Source: Microcoleus sp. (GTDB lineage: Bacteria; Cyanobacteriota; Cyanobacteriia; Cyanobacteriales; Microcoleaceae). Taken from it: 64,000 nt of DNA. The position numbers and the translations under genes were made by a program. Below the pieces are notes generated by a model that was given only the letters and a program-made list of their open reading frames with translations, was not told the DNA's origin and ran no database searches. The DNA lies in contig CP181291.1 in assembly GCA_052279835.1 (NCBI GenBank), forward strand, positions 5,856,001 through 5,920,000, written 5' to 3'. Numbering within the stretch: the first letter of the stretch is position 1; the number at the start of each line of letters is the position of its first letter. Shown piece after piece: positions 38,201-49,197 of the stretch.

Positions 38201-41200
38201 CTGCGGTGTTATTGTTACCTGCTGTATCTGTGGCGGAAGCTGCTGGGATATCTACGGTGACATTGCCAGTTGCAGTTGGTGTAACTGTGAAAGTATAAGT
38301 TGTACCGCTACCTGTAAATCCGCTCACAGTGCCGTTAGCAACAGTTACGTCAGTGTCGATAAATCCTGTGACGGTTTCGCTGAAGGTTGCTGTGACGATA
38401 AATGGTGCGTTTGTGTTGGTTGGTGATGTTGATGTGAGGGCTACTGTGGGTGCGGCAATATCGGCTGTGCGAGTTAATTGAGTGGCGGCGGTATTGCTAT
38501 TACCAACGGTGTCAATCGCTGTAGCTGCGGGAATATCTACGGTGACAGTGCCAGTGGCTGTTGGTGTAACTGTAAAACTATAAGTTGTACCAGTACCTGT
38601 AAATCCACTAACAGTTCCGTTAGCAACAGTTACGTCAGTGTCGATAAATCCTGTGACATCTTCACTGAAGGTTGCTGTTACTAGGAATGGTGCGTTTGTG
38701 TTGGTTGGGGATGCGGATGTTAAGGTGACAGTAGGCGGTGTAATGTCGGCGGTGCGAACAAGTTGAGTGGCTGCGGTATTGCTATTACCAATGGTGTCAA
38801 TGGCTGTAGCTGCGGGAATATCTACGGTGACATTGCCAGTTGCTGTTGGTGTAACGGTGAAATCATAAGTTGTGCCAGTACCTGTGAATCCGCTAACAGT
38901 TCCGTTAACAACATTCACGTCAGTTGTAGTAAATCCTGTGACGGTTTCGCTGAAGGTTGCTGTGACTAGGAATGGTGCGTTTGTGGTGGTTGGGGATGTT
39001 GATGTTAAGACAACAGTAGGCGGTGTAATGTCGGCGGTGCGAACAAGTTGAGTGGCTGCGGTATTGCTATTACCAATGGTGTCAATGGCTGTAGCTGCGG
39101 GAATATCTACGGTGACATTGCCAGTTGCTGTTGGTGTAACGGTGAAATCATAAGTTGTGCCAGTACCTGTGAATCCGCTAACAGTTCCGTTAACAACATT
39201 CACGTCAGTTGTAGTAAATCCTGTGACGGTTTCGCTGAAGGTTGCTGTGACTAGGAATGGTGCGTTTGTGGTGGTTGGGGATGTTGATGTTAAGACAACA
39301 GTAGGCGGTGTAATGTCGGCAGTGCGAACAATTTGAGGGGCGGGGGCATTGTAGTTGCCAGCGGTATCAATCGCTGTAGCTGCTGGGAGATCTACGGTGA
39401 CATCGCCACTAGCTGTTGGTATAACGGTAAAACTATAATTTCTACCGCTACTTGTTGTAAATCCGCTAACAGTGCCGTTACCAACATTGATGTCAGTGGC
39501 GATAAATCCTGTGACGTCTTCGCTGAAGTCTACGAAGACTAAGAATGGTGCGTTTATGGTGGTTAGGGGTGAGTCGGGTGTGAGGAATACTATGGGTGCA
39601 ACGGTATCAATTACTAAAGCTTTGTTGGCACCCAATGAGTTGGCTGCACCGGGAGTTGGCAATGTTAAGATGGCATCACCATTGGTGGCATTTTTAATCG
39701 TACCGCCGCTTAAAGATAGGGCGGTGGTGGAAAGATAGTCTAAGTCGGGAGTGTTATCTCCGGCTGCGATTGTGTAGCGAAAAGTGAGAGTGTTGGTGCC
39801 GGTACCTGAGAGATAATTAGCCACAGGTGTTGCACTTGCTAAAGTTAGTTGCGGTGTACCGTTAACGTTGACTATTTCAGAGAATTGAACGGTGATGTCG
39901 ATGTTTGTGCCGATACCGTAAGTCCCGTTTGGGGTGGCTGCGCTGACGCTGGTAATGGTGGGGACGGGATTAACGGTGATGTTGGCGGTTTCTGTTGCAC
40001 TGCTGAATACGCTGGAGGTAGTGTTGGTGCTTCTGTCTGCGGTGTAGTTGACGGTAGTGCCATTGCTGCCGGTGATTTGATTCATTTGATCCCAGGCGGC
40101 AAAGGTGATGGCGTTGGTGACAGTGCCGTTGAAACCTGGGTTGGGTACAAATCTGAGCCTGGTGTTGGCATCACTGGCTAGGGGTAAGGCGCTGGTGGGG
40201 GAAACGGCTGGGGCGTTTGTCCAGGTTGTGCCGCCGTTGATGGTGTATTGCCATGTGCCGTTGGCGGTGTCTAGGCCCGTGAGGGCGATGCCTCTTAAGA
40301 GGCTGGCGTTGGGATCGGTGATGCCTGTGCCACCGAGGTTGGTGATGATGGTGCTGATGAGGGTGCCTGTGCTGGCGCTGTCGTTTTGGTTTTGAGGGTT
40401 GAGGATGGGGGTGCCGCTGTTGTCGAGGGTGGGGGAGTCGTTGATTAAGACGGTGACGGTGGTGGGGATGGAAACAACGCCGTCGGTGGCGGTGTATTGG
40501 AATGTGTCTTCACCGTTGAAGTTGGAGTTTGGGGTGTAGAGGATGTTGCGCGCTTTGTCTATAGTTATGGCATCGATCGTACTATTCGGATTCGGGTTGA
40601 AGGTGGGATCGGCGGCACCAGTTGTGGGGTTTAATTTGGCGATATAGGTGCGGGGTAGTCCGCCGATGTTGTTGAAACTGCCGCGCACTATAAGGTTGCC
40701 GCTGCTGTCTGGGGCGATCGCACTGACTACATTATTCGCATTCGGGTTGAAGGTAGCATCGGCGGCACCAGTTGTGGGGTTTAATTTGGCGATTCCGCTG
40801 CGGACTTGTCCGCCGATGTTGTTGAAAAAGCCTCCTACTATGGGGTTGCCGCTGCTGTCTAGGGCGATCGCAAAGACTGCATTATTCGCATTCGGGTTGA
40901 AGGTGGGATCGGCGGCACCAGTTGTGGGGTTTAATTTGGCGATTCCGCTGCGGGGTTGTCCGCCGATGTTGCTGAAATCGCCGCCCACTATGGGGTTGCC
41001 GCTGCTGTCTAGGGCGATCGCTCTGACTGCATTATTCGGATTCGGGCTGAAGGTGGGATCTACCGCACCAGTTGTGGGGTTTAATTTGGCGATTCTGAGG
41101 CGGGTTTGTCCGCCGATGTTGGTGAAAAGGCCGCCCACTATGGGGTTGCCGCTGCTGTCTAGGGCGATCGCTATGACTGCATTATCCGGATTCGGGCTGA

Positions 41201-42323
41201 AGGTGGGATCTACCGCACCAGTTGTGGGGTTTAATTTGGCGATTCTGAGGCGGGTTTGTCCGCCGATGTTGGTGAAAAAGCCGCCTACTATGGGGTTGCC
41301 GCTGCTGTCTAGGGCGATCGCATGGACTGCATTATTCGCATTCGGGTTGAAGGTGGGATCGGGGGCACCAGTTGTGGGGTTTAATTTGGCGATTCCGCTG
41401 CGGGGTTGTCCGCCGATGTTGCTGAAATCGCCGCCCACTATAAGGTTGCCGCTGCTGTCTATGGCGATCGCTCTGACTACACTATTCGCATTCGAGTTGA
41501 AGGTGGCATCTGCCGTGCCATTGCTATTCAACCGAGCAATTCTGCTGAGTCCAACTCCGCCGATGTTGGTGAAACCGCCGCCGACATAAATCCAGTCATT
41601 AATAATCGCGGTGCCGTTGGTGGGGGGGATGAAGATGCTTTGTACTGAGGCGCGCCCGATCGCTATGTCGTTGGCGAGTACGTCGATGCTGACAGAGGGC
41701 GAGTTGACTGTAACGGCTTTGGTGTCTGGGTTGCCGGTGGCTAGGATGTGGCTGTAAGTTTTGAGGGTGGTTTCGGTGAGGGCTAGTTGGGGCTTTTGCG
41801 TTGATGGGGGGATGAGTTGGGGGATGTCCCAAGTGCCGCCGAGTGCGCTGTTACCTGTAGGTTGGGAGTTGGCGCTGATGTTTGCGCCTGTGAGTTGGTG
41901 CAGTTGAGTCAGGAATTTGTGTCCTCTGTCTCCGGCTGCTACGTTGCATCCATATAAGATGATGTTGGCGTTTTCAGTGAGGCTGTTGCGCCAGTGTTGC
42001 AATTGGTGGCTGTAGTTTTGGATGTTGTTGCTGTTGAGTTCTGTTGTGCCTAGGTACAGGCTGCCAGAATCTCCGTGGGTGATGATGTGGAGAGTTTCGA
42101 TGCCTCTATGCTGAGCTAGGATTGTGGTGATTTGCTCTACGGCATCGGGCTGGCTTTTGAGGATGTAGGTGGCGGTGTGGGGTTTGATGCCCTGGGCTAT
42201 ATGCTGGCTATCGGGTATTGTGGGGTCAAGGATGACGATGGAGTTTGGTTGGTTGCTTTAGCAACCAACCAAACTCGCGATATTTTTATTTAGTGAGCGG
42301 TTAATTTTAGGTAGAGTTTTCAT
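35273..42323 (-). pseudogene. Giant surface/secreted protein (about 2350 codons): DUF4347, 50-aa propeller-type repeats, Ig-like repeats, PT-rich linker, RTX Ca-binding repeats; in-frame stop at codon 22 and +1 frameshift near 36470
   Basis: ATG 42323 is in frame with ORF 36168..42002 (IVILDPT...LHIITHG..GSLYLG...IILYGCNVA). Extra T in TGTATCTGTTTCCC near 36470; correcting it joins the GGxGxD repeats ending at 35273. Confidence 0.85.
36190..37210. repeat. About 1 kb of 18-bp tandem repeats encoding (PTPSGT)n
   Basis: GTTCCCGATGG(A/C)GT(C/T/G)GG(T/G) unit repeated dozens of times. Confidence 0.95.
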
Positions 42324-42534
42324 GGTTTTTTGCTTTTAATGTAGTTCGTAGTTTTTGAGTCGGGAGATGACCCCGATTTGATTCTGGTTTGTGATATTTC
42401 TACCTGGTGGTGGATGACACTCGCCGATCGCGATGAGTAATATCAAAAGGGTAAGGAAAACACTTCAAACCGGGACAAGGGCTCGAAACCTTTGTTTTGT
42501 AGGGCTTATGCCAATTTTTTATGAGGCTGCATAG

Positions 42535-42970
42535 AATGCGATCCCCCCTAGCCAAGAGGGCGGGCACGGGGGCACCGCCCAGGGCTGTTTCATTCTCAGG
42601 TAGGGGCCGCCCCCCGTGGCTGCCCCAATCTCTGAAACACATACAAAATCGTGGACACGGAGGGCGGGCACGGGGGCACCGCCCCTACAAAACGATGATT
42701 TACCTGAGAATGAAACAGCCCTGGGGCACGGCCCCTACTAAGGGCAGGGCTGTTTCATTCTTTGTAGGGGCAATCCCCCCCTGGTTGCCCCAATCTCTGA
42801 AACACATACAAAATCGTGGACACGGAGGGCGGGCACGGGGGCACCGCCCCTACAAAACGATGATTTACCTGAGAATGAAACAGCCCTGGGGCACGGCCCC
42901 TACTAAGGGGGGGACAAGATTCCGATCGACAGTCCCCCGACTATCAGGGGGATGCGAGGGGGATCGAGAT
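42535..42970. mobile_element. Nested MITE/REP composite with two tandem 144-bp MITE copies (42580-42723, 42745-42888)
   Basis: TIR CAGGGCTGTTTCATTCT...AGAATGAAACAGCCCTG on both copies, set inside a ...GCCCCTAC REP that itself lies inside a C/G-run repeat. Confidence 0.8.
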
Positions 42971-43104
42971 AGGTGCAACGACCCATTAAATTGGTATTAC
43001 GGATTAATATTTGGTCTGAATCCCGTTAACCTGTGTATTAATTTATTCCCTAACAAGATTTATATCTTGGTGCTGCCTAGTTGCGCTAGCCAAATTGCGA
43101 AAGA

Positions 43105-44029
43105 TTAGTTTCGCAAAATGTCCGAAGGCTTTTTCCCAAAATGCTGCTGGAAATATTTTGTAAAGCGACTATGATTGTAAAAGCCATATTCAAACGCAAC
43201 TTCCGTAATCGTTTTGTTGCTCTCAATTAACTCCGTATGAGCGGCTTCAAGTCGAGCATTTCGCAAGAATTGACTGGGAGAGACACCGTAATAACGAGCG
43301 AATGCTGTTTGCAAAGAACGACTGCTACAGTTCATGGCGGAAGCAATTTGGGCAATTGTCAGGTCTTGTTTCATATTTGCTCGGATGTATTCGGCCGCCT
43401 CTCGCACGCGGGCGATCGAGATTTCGGATACTTTAATAATCGATGGTTCTAAAGTGTTGTAAGATGAACCTTGGACTAAGGTAGAAAAAATAGCGATTTC
43501 TAAATTTTCAATTACCAGTGGATGTCCGTTAGTGTCAATTAAATTCGACAGCATTATCACCATTTGATATAGCGATCGACCGTAAAGAGTAGTGCGATCG
43601 ATAACTTGCAGCAGGTTAGGACGTTCAATGGATTTGTCAAGATACTTGCTCATTTCAGTTAAAAATCGAGCTTCATTTATATAAATTGATATTCCGCTGT
43701 ATTTGGCTGAGTGCTGAAGACGGGTTAGTTCGACTCCCGACTGACTTATCACCACATTTCGATCGTTCATGAGGAATTCGTTAGACCCCAACTTTCAATA
43801 AATGATCGCCGTTAAAAAATGTGAAACCTATTTTTCCTGGAAAAGTATATCCTGCGGTATATGTACTCCCAGCTTCCCAAACAACACTCACGAACTCTAA
43901 GTTTTTTAATTTAGCAAACCGCCATTGAATTTTATAATCTTTGGAATAGGAAATATGTTTAGTAAGAGTCGATACTTGCTTAATATATATCTCTGGATCG
44001 TTGATTTCAATATTTAAATCCCAGACCAT
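43105..44029 (-). pseudogene. AraC-family transcriptional regulator, split by a +1 frameshift in a G4 run (43786-43789)
   Basis: C-terminal AraC HTH (SSRSLQTAF..YGVSPSQFLRNARL; ITEVAFEYGF....FTKYF...FGKKPS). Removing one G joins ...LLKV to GSNEF. Confidence 0.8.
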
Positions 44030-44165
44030 GATTAAATCCCCATATTTTACACCTACAATAAGTTATATCAATTATGTGTAAATATTGATACCTCTCCTGG
44101 GGTATTTTACAGTAATTATCTCAGGTCGATGTGGGCTGGTTTGTGAGATTCTGGGTTTTAGGACA

Positions 44166-44282
44166 ATACAGTTCAGATAAGACAGATCCCCCCCAGCCCC
44201 CCTTAAGAAGGGGGGAGCAAGAGTCTCAAAGTCCCCCTTCTTAAGGGGGATTTAGGGGGATCTAGACTTCGATACAAACGAG
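44166..44282. repeat. C/G-run palindromic repeat (same family as 3.1 kb)
   Basis: GATCCCCCCAGCCCCCCTTAAGAAGGGGGG...CCCCCTTCTTAAGGGGGATTTAGGGGGATC. Confidence 0.8.
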
Positions 44283-44397
44283 TTGCTTGGGGGCCGATTT
44301 ATGAGATTGTAGGTTGTAGGCAATTACGATCGGTGAACCCTTCGGCTAAGCTCAGGGCATCGCCCGCCCCTACGGGAATGTAAATTTTACAGGTTTT

Positions 44398-45459
44398 ATG
44401 AATAACGACACAAATGTCAATACAGTCGAAGAACACGAGATTTTTGGCGATCGCGATTTGCCGTCTTGGTTAACCGAACAACAAATCAGTCTCGCTTTTA
44501 CTACCTATCAAACGAGCAGGTTAATGTTAATCGGCGCTGCGCCAGAAACCAACAGAATCTCGGCTTTTTGGCGAATATTCGATCGCGCTATGGGCCTCTA
44601 CTGCACCCCGGAACGCCTTTATTTAAGCTCTAAATATCAACTCTGGCAATTAGATAATGTGCTGGCTGCGGGCGGACAACATCAAGGTTACGATCGCCTT
44701 TACATACCGCGCATCGCCCACACCACCGGTGATATCGACATTCACGATATCGCTGTCGATAAAAACAACCAAATTATTTTTATTAGCACGTTGTTTAATT
44801 GTATTGCAACTTTGAGCGATCGCCATAGTTGCAAACCTCTCTGGAAACCGCCGTTTATCTCACAATACATCAACGAAGACCGCTGTCACCTCAACGGTTT
44901 GGCGATGGTGGATGGGGAGGCGAAATATGTCACGGCGTCGAGTCAGTCGGATGTGGTGGATGGTTGGCGCGATCGCCGAAAAAACGGCGGTATAGTGATT
45001 GATGTCGCATCTAATGATATTATTGTTACGGGATTGTCGATGCCGCATTCACCTCGCTGGTATCGAGATAAGTTGTGGTTGCTGAATTCGGGGAGAGGGG
45101 AATTTGGTTATGTCGATTTAGAGACAGGGAAATTTGAGGCTGTTACATTTTGTCCGGGATATGTCCGAGGATTGGCTTTTTGGCAAAATTGGGCGATTGT
45201 AGGATTGTCGAAACCGAGGGGTGGTGACAATACTTTTAGTGGTTTAGAGTTGGATGAGTTGTTGGTAGCTAAAGATGCTGAGGCTCGCTGCGGCATGATG
45301 GTGATAGATTTGAATACAGGGGCGATCGTGCATTGGTTGCGGTTTGAAGGGATTATCACGGAACTTTATGATGTGCAGGTGATTTCGGGAGTGCAAAAGG
45401 CGATGGCTTTGGGTTTTCAGACGGATGAAATTTCTCAATTAATTACTTTGGAACTTTAA
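44398..45459 (+). CDS. TIGR03032 family protein (DUF4915)
   Basis: SLAFTTYQ, TGDIDIHD, LWKPPFIS, EDRCHLNGLA, GLSMPHSPRWY, FCPGYVRGL. Confidence 0.9.
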   Translation: MNNDTNVNTVEEHEIFGDRDLPSWLTEQQISLAFTTYQTSRLMLIGAAPETNRISAFWRIFDRAMGLYCTPERLYLSSKYQLWQLDNVLAAGGQHQGYDRLYIPRIAHTTGDIDIHDIAVDKNNQIIFISTLFNCIATLSDRHSCKPLWKPPFISQYINEDRCHLNGLAMVDGEAKYVTASSQSDVVDGWRDRRKNGGIVIDVASNDIIVTGLSMPHSPRWYRDKLWLLNSGRGEFGYVDLETGKFEAVTFCPGYVRGLAFWQNWAIVGLSKPRGGDNTFSGLELDELLVAKDAEARCGMMVIDLNTGAIVHWLRFEGIITELYDVQVISGVQKAMALGFQTDEISQLITLEL

Positions 45460-45603
45460 CCGCTGATGGTGGCGGATAGGCGCTTTGGACCGCTTCGGAG
45501 TGTTGGTTTGGGTTTAAGGGCGAGATCCCTTTGCGATGTTTTTTGTAATGAAGGACTCTCGCGCTTTTGTTGATTGCTTGAATCGGCCGCAAATTTCGGA
45601 TAT

Positions 45604-47217
45604 CTATTTGCCAAAACGTCCCCGAAGGCGATCGACAAACATATCAACTTCTGGCAATTTCATCTGACTAACAAACACCGCAAAAACTCCTAGCCCAGCC
45701 AAACTTGCGACAGCCAACTCCACCAATTGAATTACCAAACCTTCTGTACCCAAAACTCTTTGACATCCTTGCAGAGTTGCCAAAGCCACAAAAGCCGTGA
45801 GAGAACTCCCTGAAGCTAATCCCAGAAATGGCAAACTCCACTGTCGCCAAGGTAGCCCACCCAGCTTTTTATCTAATAAGTACAAAAACATAATCATCGA
45901 AACAACATTCACTCCCACCGTCGCCAAAACTAATCCCGGTGCACCAAAAGCTCCTACTAACAAATAATCCAGCAACCCATTCAGAAAAATATTTATAATA
46001 CTGATGCGAAAAGGCGTTTCTCCATCTCCCAAAGCATAAAATACCCTCACCAAAACATCGCGCCCTAAATACACAAACATTCCAATACTGTAAGCCATCA
46101 ATATCGGTGTGACAAACTCAGAAGCTGATTGACTAAAAGCATAGCGTTCATAAACAACCCGCACAATCGGCTTAGCCAGTGTCACCATTAAAGCGCTCAA
46201 GGGCATCATTGTGAGCGCAGTTAAAATTAAAGCTTGACGAATTTTATCTTTTAATTCCGGCAAATCAGCAGGTTGCGTGAGGCGAGAGAATATTGGCAAA
46301 AATGGTACGAGAATTACATTAGAAATGATGCCTAAAGGTGTCATTACCAACAACCCCGCATACCCCATCGCAGATGCAGCTTGAGGGATGTAGGATGCGA
46401 AAAATAGGTCAGTGTAGACATTAATTTGCAACATTCCTGATGATAAAGTAGCAGGAACCATCACCTTAACTACTTCTTGCACTCCAGGACGTTTAAAATT
46501 AAACCGCAAACGCAATTGTCCCAAACCTGCACGCCACTGGGCTACCAGTTGCACTAACCACTGCAAAATTGCTCCCGCCAGAGTGCCCCAAGCTAATACT
46601 AAACCCCCCATTAATGCGTATTCTGGTTGAATAATTTTGTTTCCGAGTTGTATCGCCAACAGCCCTAAACCGCCGATTAGTGCCACACTGGAAAATAAGG
46701 GGCTGATGGAAGGAAGCCAGTACATATCGGCAGCATTAAGAGTGCCAAAACCAATGCCGATCAAGCCTGAAAGTAAGGCCATCGGTGCCATGATCCGAAA
46801 TTGTTGAATAGCGATCGCTTTTATTTCTAAACCTTCTGCTGTTCTACTTAATCCCGGTGCTACCAAATCGATCATCGGATCGGCAAAAATAATTAAAGCG
46901 ACTGTTACTAACAGTAGCAAACCACCGACTAAAGTGGTGATAGTTTCAACTAGAGGTGCTGCTTCTTTTTTATCCAGACGGGCTAAAACACTGACGATCG
47001 CGCTGTGAAATGGCCCGTTTATACCTCCGAGTAAAATAAATAAGAAACCGGGGATGACATAGGCGTAGTTGTAAGCATCGACGGCGACACCGACTCCAAA
47101 GGCTGCGGCGATCGCGATTTGGCGCACTAAGCCAAAGACTTTGCTAATCAAAGTGGCGACTGCGACAATGCCGGCAATTCCAGCTAGGGAACGAGAGGGC
47201 TTTTGTAATTGGGACAC
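45604..47217 (-). CDS. murJ: Lipid II flippase MurJ (MviN)
   Basis: ATLISKVFGLVRQ, GGINGPFHSA, MLQINVYTD, RVFYALGD..TPF; about 14 TM helices. Confidence 0.95.
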   Translation of the reverse strand: MSQLQKPSRSLAGIAGIVAVATLISKVFGLVRQIAIAAAFGVGVAVDAYNYAYVIPGFLFILLGGINGPFHSAIVSVLARLDKKEAAPLVETITTLVGGLLLLVTVALIIFADPMIDLVAPGLSRTAEGLEIKAIAIQQFRIMAPMALLSGLIGIGFGTLNAADMYWLPSISPLFSSVALIGGLGLLAIQLGNKIIQPEYALMGGLVLAWGTLAGAILQWLVQLVAQWRAGLGQLRLRFNFKRPGVQEVVKVMVPATLSSGMLQINVYTDLFFASYIPQAASAMGYAGLLVMTPLGIISNVILVPFLPIFSRLTQPADLPELKDKIRQALILTALTMMPLSALMVTLAKPIVRVVYERYAFSQSASEFVTPILMAYSIGMFVYLGRDVLVRVFYALGDGETPFRISIINIFLNGLLDYLLVGAFGAPGLVLATVGVNVVSMIMFLYLLDKKLGGLPWRQWSLPFLGLASGSSLTAFVALATLQGCQRVLGTEGLVIQLVELAVASLAGLGVFAVFVSQMKLPEVDMFVDRLRGRFGK

Positions 47218-47387
47218 AAAGGGTTAAAAACGCTAACAGTGAAAGGTTTCACTTAGTTTAATCGGAAATGTTGACTATAGTACCATGAATTCATAAAAAT
47301 TCTCTTATCAATTACCTAGGACTTACACATTTTGCTGATGACTGGTATATTGATGACTGCCAACAAATCACTAATTAGCGATAAATG

Positions 47388-48116
47388 ATGAGCGATTTTA
47401 TTTACACCTATCCACCTCTGTTGCCTGGTATTTTAATTAAACGATACAAGCGATTTTTTGCAGACATTGAACTCGATTCGGGAGAAATTATCACCGCCCA
47501 CTGTCCGAATACTGGCCCGATGACTGATGTTTATCTTCCCGGTAATCCTGTGTTTGTATCTCCCAGCGATAATCCTAAACGCAAGTTAGCTTATACTTGG
47601 GAATTAATTAAAGTGTGCGACACTGTACCAACTTGGGTGGGAGTTAATACGGGATTGCCCAATCGAGTGATTAAGTTAGCTTTGCAATTGCGATTGTTTC
47701 CTGAGTTGGGTAATTACAGTGTTATTCAACCGGAAGTTGTGTATGGCAAAGACAAAAAAAGTCGAGTTGATTTTTGGCTAACTGGTGAGCAAACTCCTAT
47801 TTTTTTAGAAGTCAAGAATACAACTTGGGCTAAGGAAGAATTAGCTCTATTTCCTGATACAGTGACTGAGAGGGGACAAAAACATTTGAGGGAATTGATT
47901 GAAATAGTGCGGCTGGGTTCGAGGGCTGTCATGCTGTATTTTATTAATCGTGGAGATTGTACAGATTTTGCTCCTGGGGATAGTGCCGATCGCCTTTACG
48001 GAGAATTATTAAGACAGGCTATAAATGTAGGTGTAGAGATTTTGCCTTGTCGGTTTGATGTGACACCGGAAGGTATTCGTTATTTGGGATTAGCCAAATT
48101 GAAGCTAGGGGAATAG
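47388..48116 (+). CDS. sfsA: DNA/RNA nuclease SfsA
   Basis: KRYKRFFADI, AHCPNTGPM, LEVKN, FPDTVTERGQKHLREL. Confidence 0.95.
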   Translation: MSDFIYTYPPLLPGILIKRYKRFFADIELDSGEIITAHCPNTGPMTDVYLPGNPVFVSPSDNPKRKLAYTWELIKVCDTVPTWVGVNTGLPNRVIKLALQLRLFPELGNYSVIQPEVVYGKDKKSRVDFWLTGEQTPIFLEVKNTTWAKEELALFPDTVTERGQKHLRELIEIVRLGSRAVMLYFINRGDCTDFAPGDSADRLYGELLRQAINVGVEILPCRFDVTPEGIRYLGLAKLKLGE

Positions 48117-48119
48117 TGA

Positions 48120-48358
48120 ATTGGGAATAGCGAATTGGGAATGGTGATAACTTAAAACTGAAACCCATAATCATAAATGTCGCTTTCAGTCTAGTCTAGA
48201 GGGAGCATCTAGATTTTGTAAGGGCGGTGCCAAGAGTCCCCGCCCTCGGCTAGGGGGGATATAGACTTAAATACAAACAAGAGATACCGTTGGTTTGATG
48301 TTAAGTTATCACTAATGATTAGCGATGCCCAATTCCCAATTCCCAATTCCCAATTCCC
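48120..48358. repeat. Inverted heptamer arrays (AATTGGG / CCCAATT) around a chimeric MITE fragment
   Basis: 48201-48220 GGGAGCATCTAGATTTTGTA resembles the 12.2-kb MITE TIR; 48253-48281 resembles the end of the 44.2-kb repeat. Confidence 0.6.
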
Positions 48359-48364
48359 AGTATT

Positions 48365-49039
48365 CTACCGACTTTGCTCTGAAAAGTTGACTAAATCTTG
48401 AATTCTCTCTTCCGTCATCCGAATCAAGGAAAGTTTGCTGTCACCATTAGATAGATAACTCTCAAATTTGCTGTTAGCATCGCGGAAAACAATCCACGCT
48501 CTCTGTGCTATCTTGAGTTGAGATTGACGGGAGGCAGAAAGAGTTCCAATTGTCTTTTGATATACTTGATTTAATTGGCCATCGACTGTTTGATAATTGC
48601 GATTTTTCGGCTGAGGCATCTGGTTTTGTAGATAACTGTTTAATTCTGAGACTCGCTTTTTAGTCAAATCTGTCCGACAGCTATTAGTAATTAACGGTGC
48701 CATGGTGCCACCTGCAACGGCACTTTGGGCGAATTGACAATCGGCATCGCGAAAGGAAATCCAGGCTCTTTGTGCTACAATTAATTGTTGGCGACGATTA
48801 GCCGAAAGTTGGTCTCGAACTTGATTGTAAACTTGGTTTAGTTGTTGGTCAGCGCGCCGATAGTCTAGGCCAGAACAAATGTTTAACTCGGTTTGAGTTT
48901 GGGGATTTTTGCAATTAGCTTGCTGTGCAACTAAGATTTGAGGAAAAATTTGAGGATTTGTGGCGATCGCCTTTGTACTCAAACCAATAAATGTTGCTAA
49001 ACTGAGGCTGGTTCCCAATAACAATTTTGACAAGTTCAT
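48365..49039 (-). CDS. Secreted LprI/DUF1311 family protein with two tandem domains
   Basis: Signal peptide; C..PQTQTELNIC, LNQVY, and AQRAWI.FRDA occurring twice. Confidence 0.85.
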   Translation of the reverse strand: MNLSKLLLGTSLSLATFIGLSTKAIATNPQIFPQILVAQQANCKNPQTQTELNICSGLDYRRADQQLNQVYNQVRDQLSANRRQQLIVAQRAWISFRDADCQFAQSAVAGGTMAPLITNSCRTDLTKKRVSELNSYLQNQMPQPKNRNYQTVDGQLNQVYQKTIGTLSASRQSQLKIAQRAWIVFRDANSKFESYLSNGDSKLSLIRMTEERIQDLVNFSEQSR

Positions 49040-49197
49040 ATAATGCCCTCTAATTTCAGAGATAAGCGACACTACACAGCCGTTTACTGTCAAACCGGAT
49101 ATTTTGCTATTTCTTTAACTTGTACTTTCAGTAACTGGGAATGTTTCGCTTACAATTACAATATGTAGCATCTAATCAAAAAAAAGGCGATCGCACC

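Noticed and set aside
36150..41648. Long plus-strand ORFs (e.g. 36150..37247, 36190..37314, 36476..37213, 40648..41589)
   Set aside because: Antisense shadows of the tandem repeats in the minus-strand surface-protein gene.
42400..43108. ORFs 42521..43108 (+) and 42400..42642 (-)
   Set aside because: Translations of the duplicated MITE/REP stack; not credible proteins.
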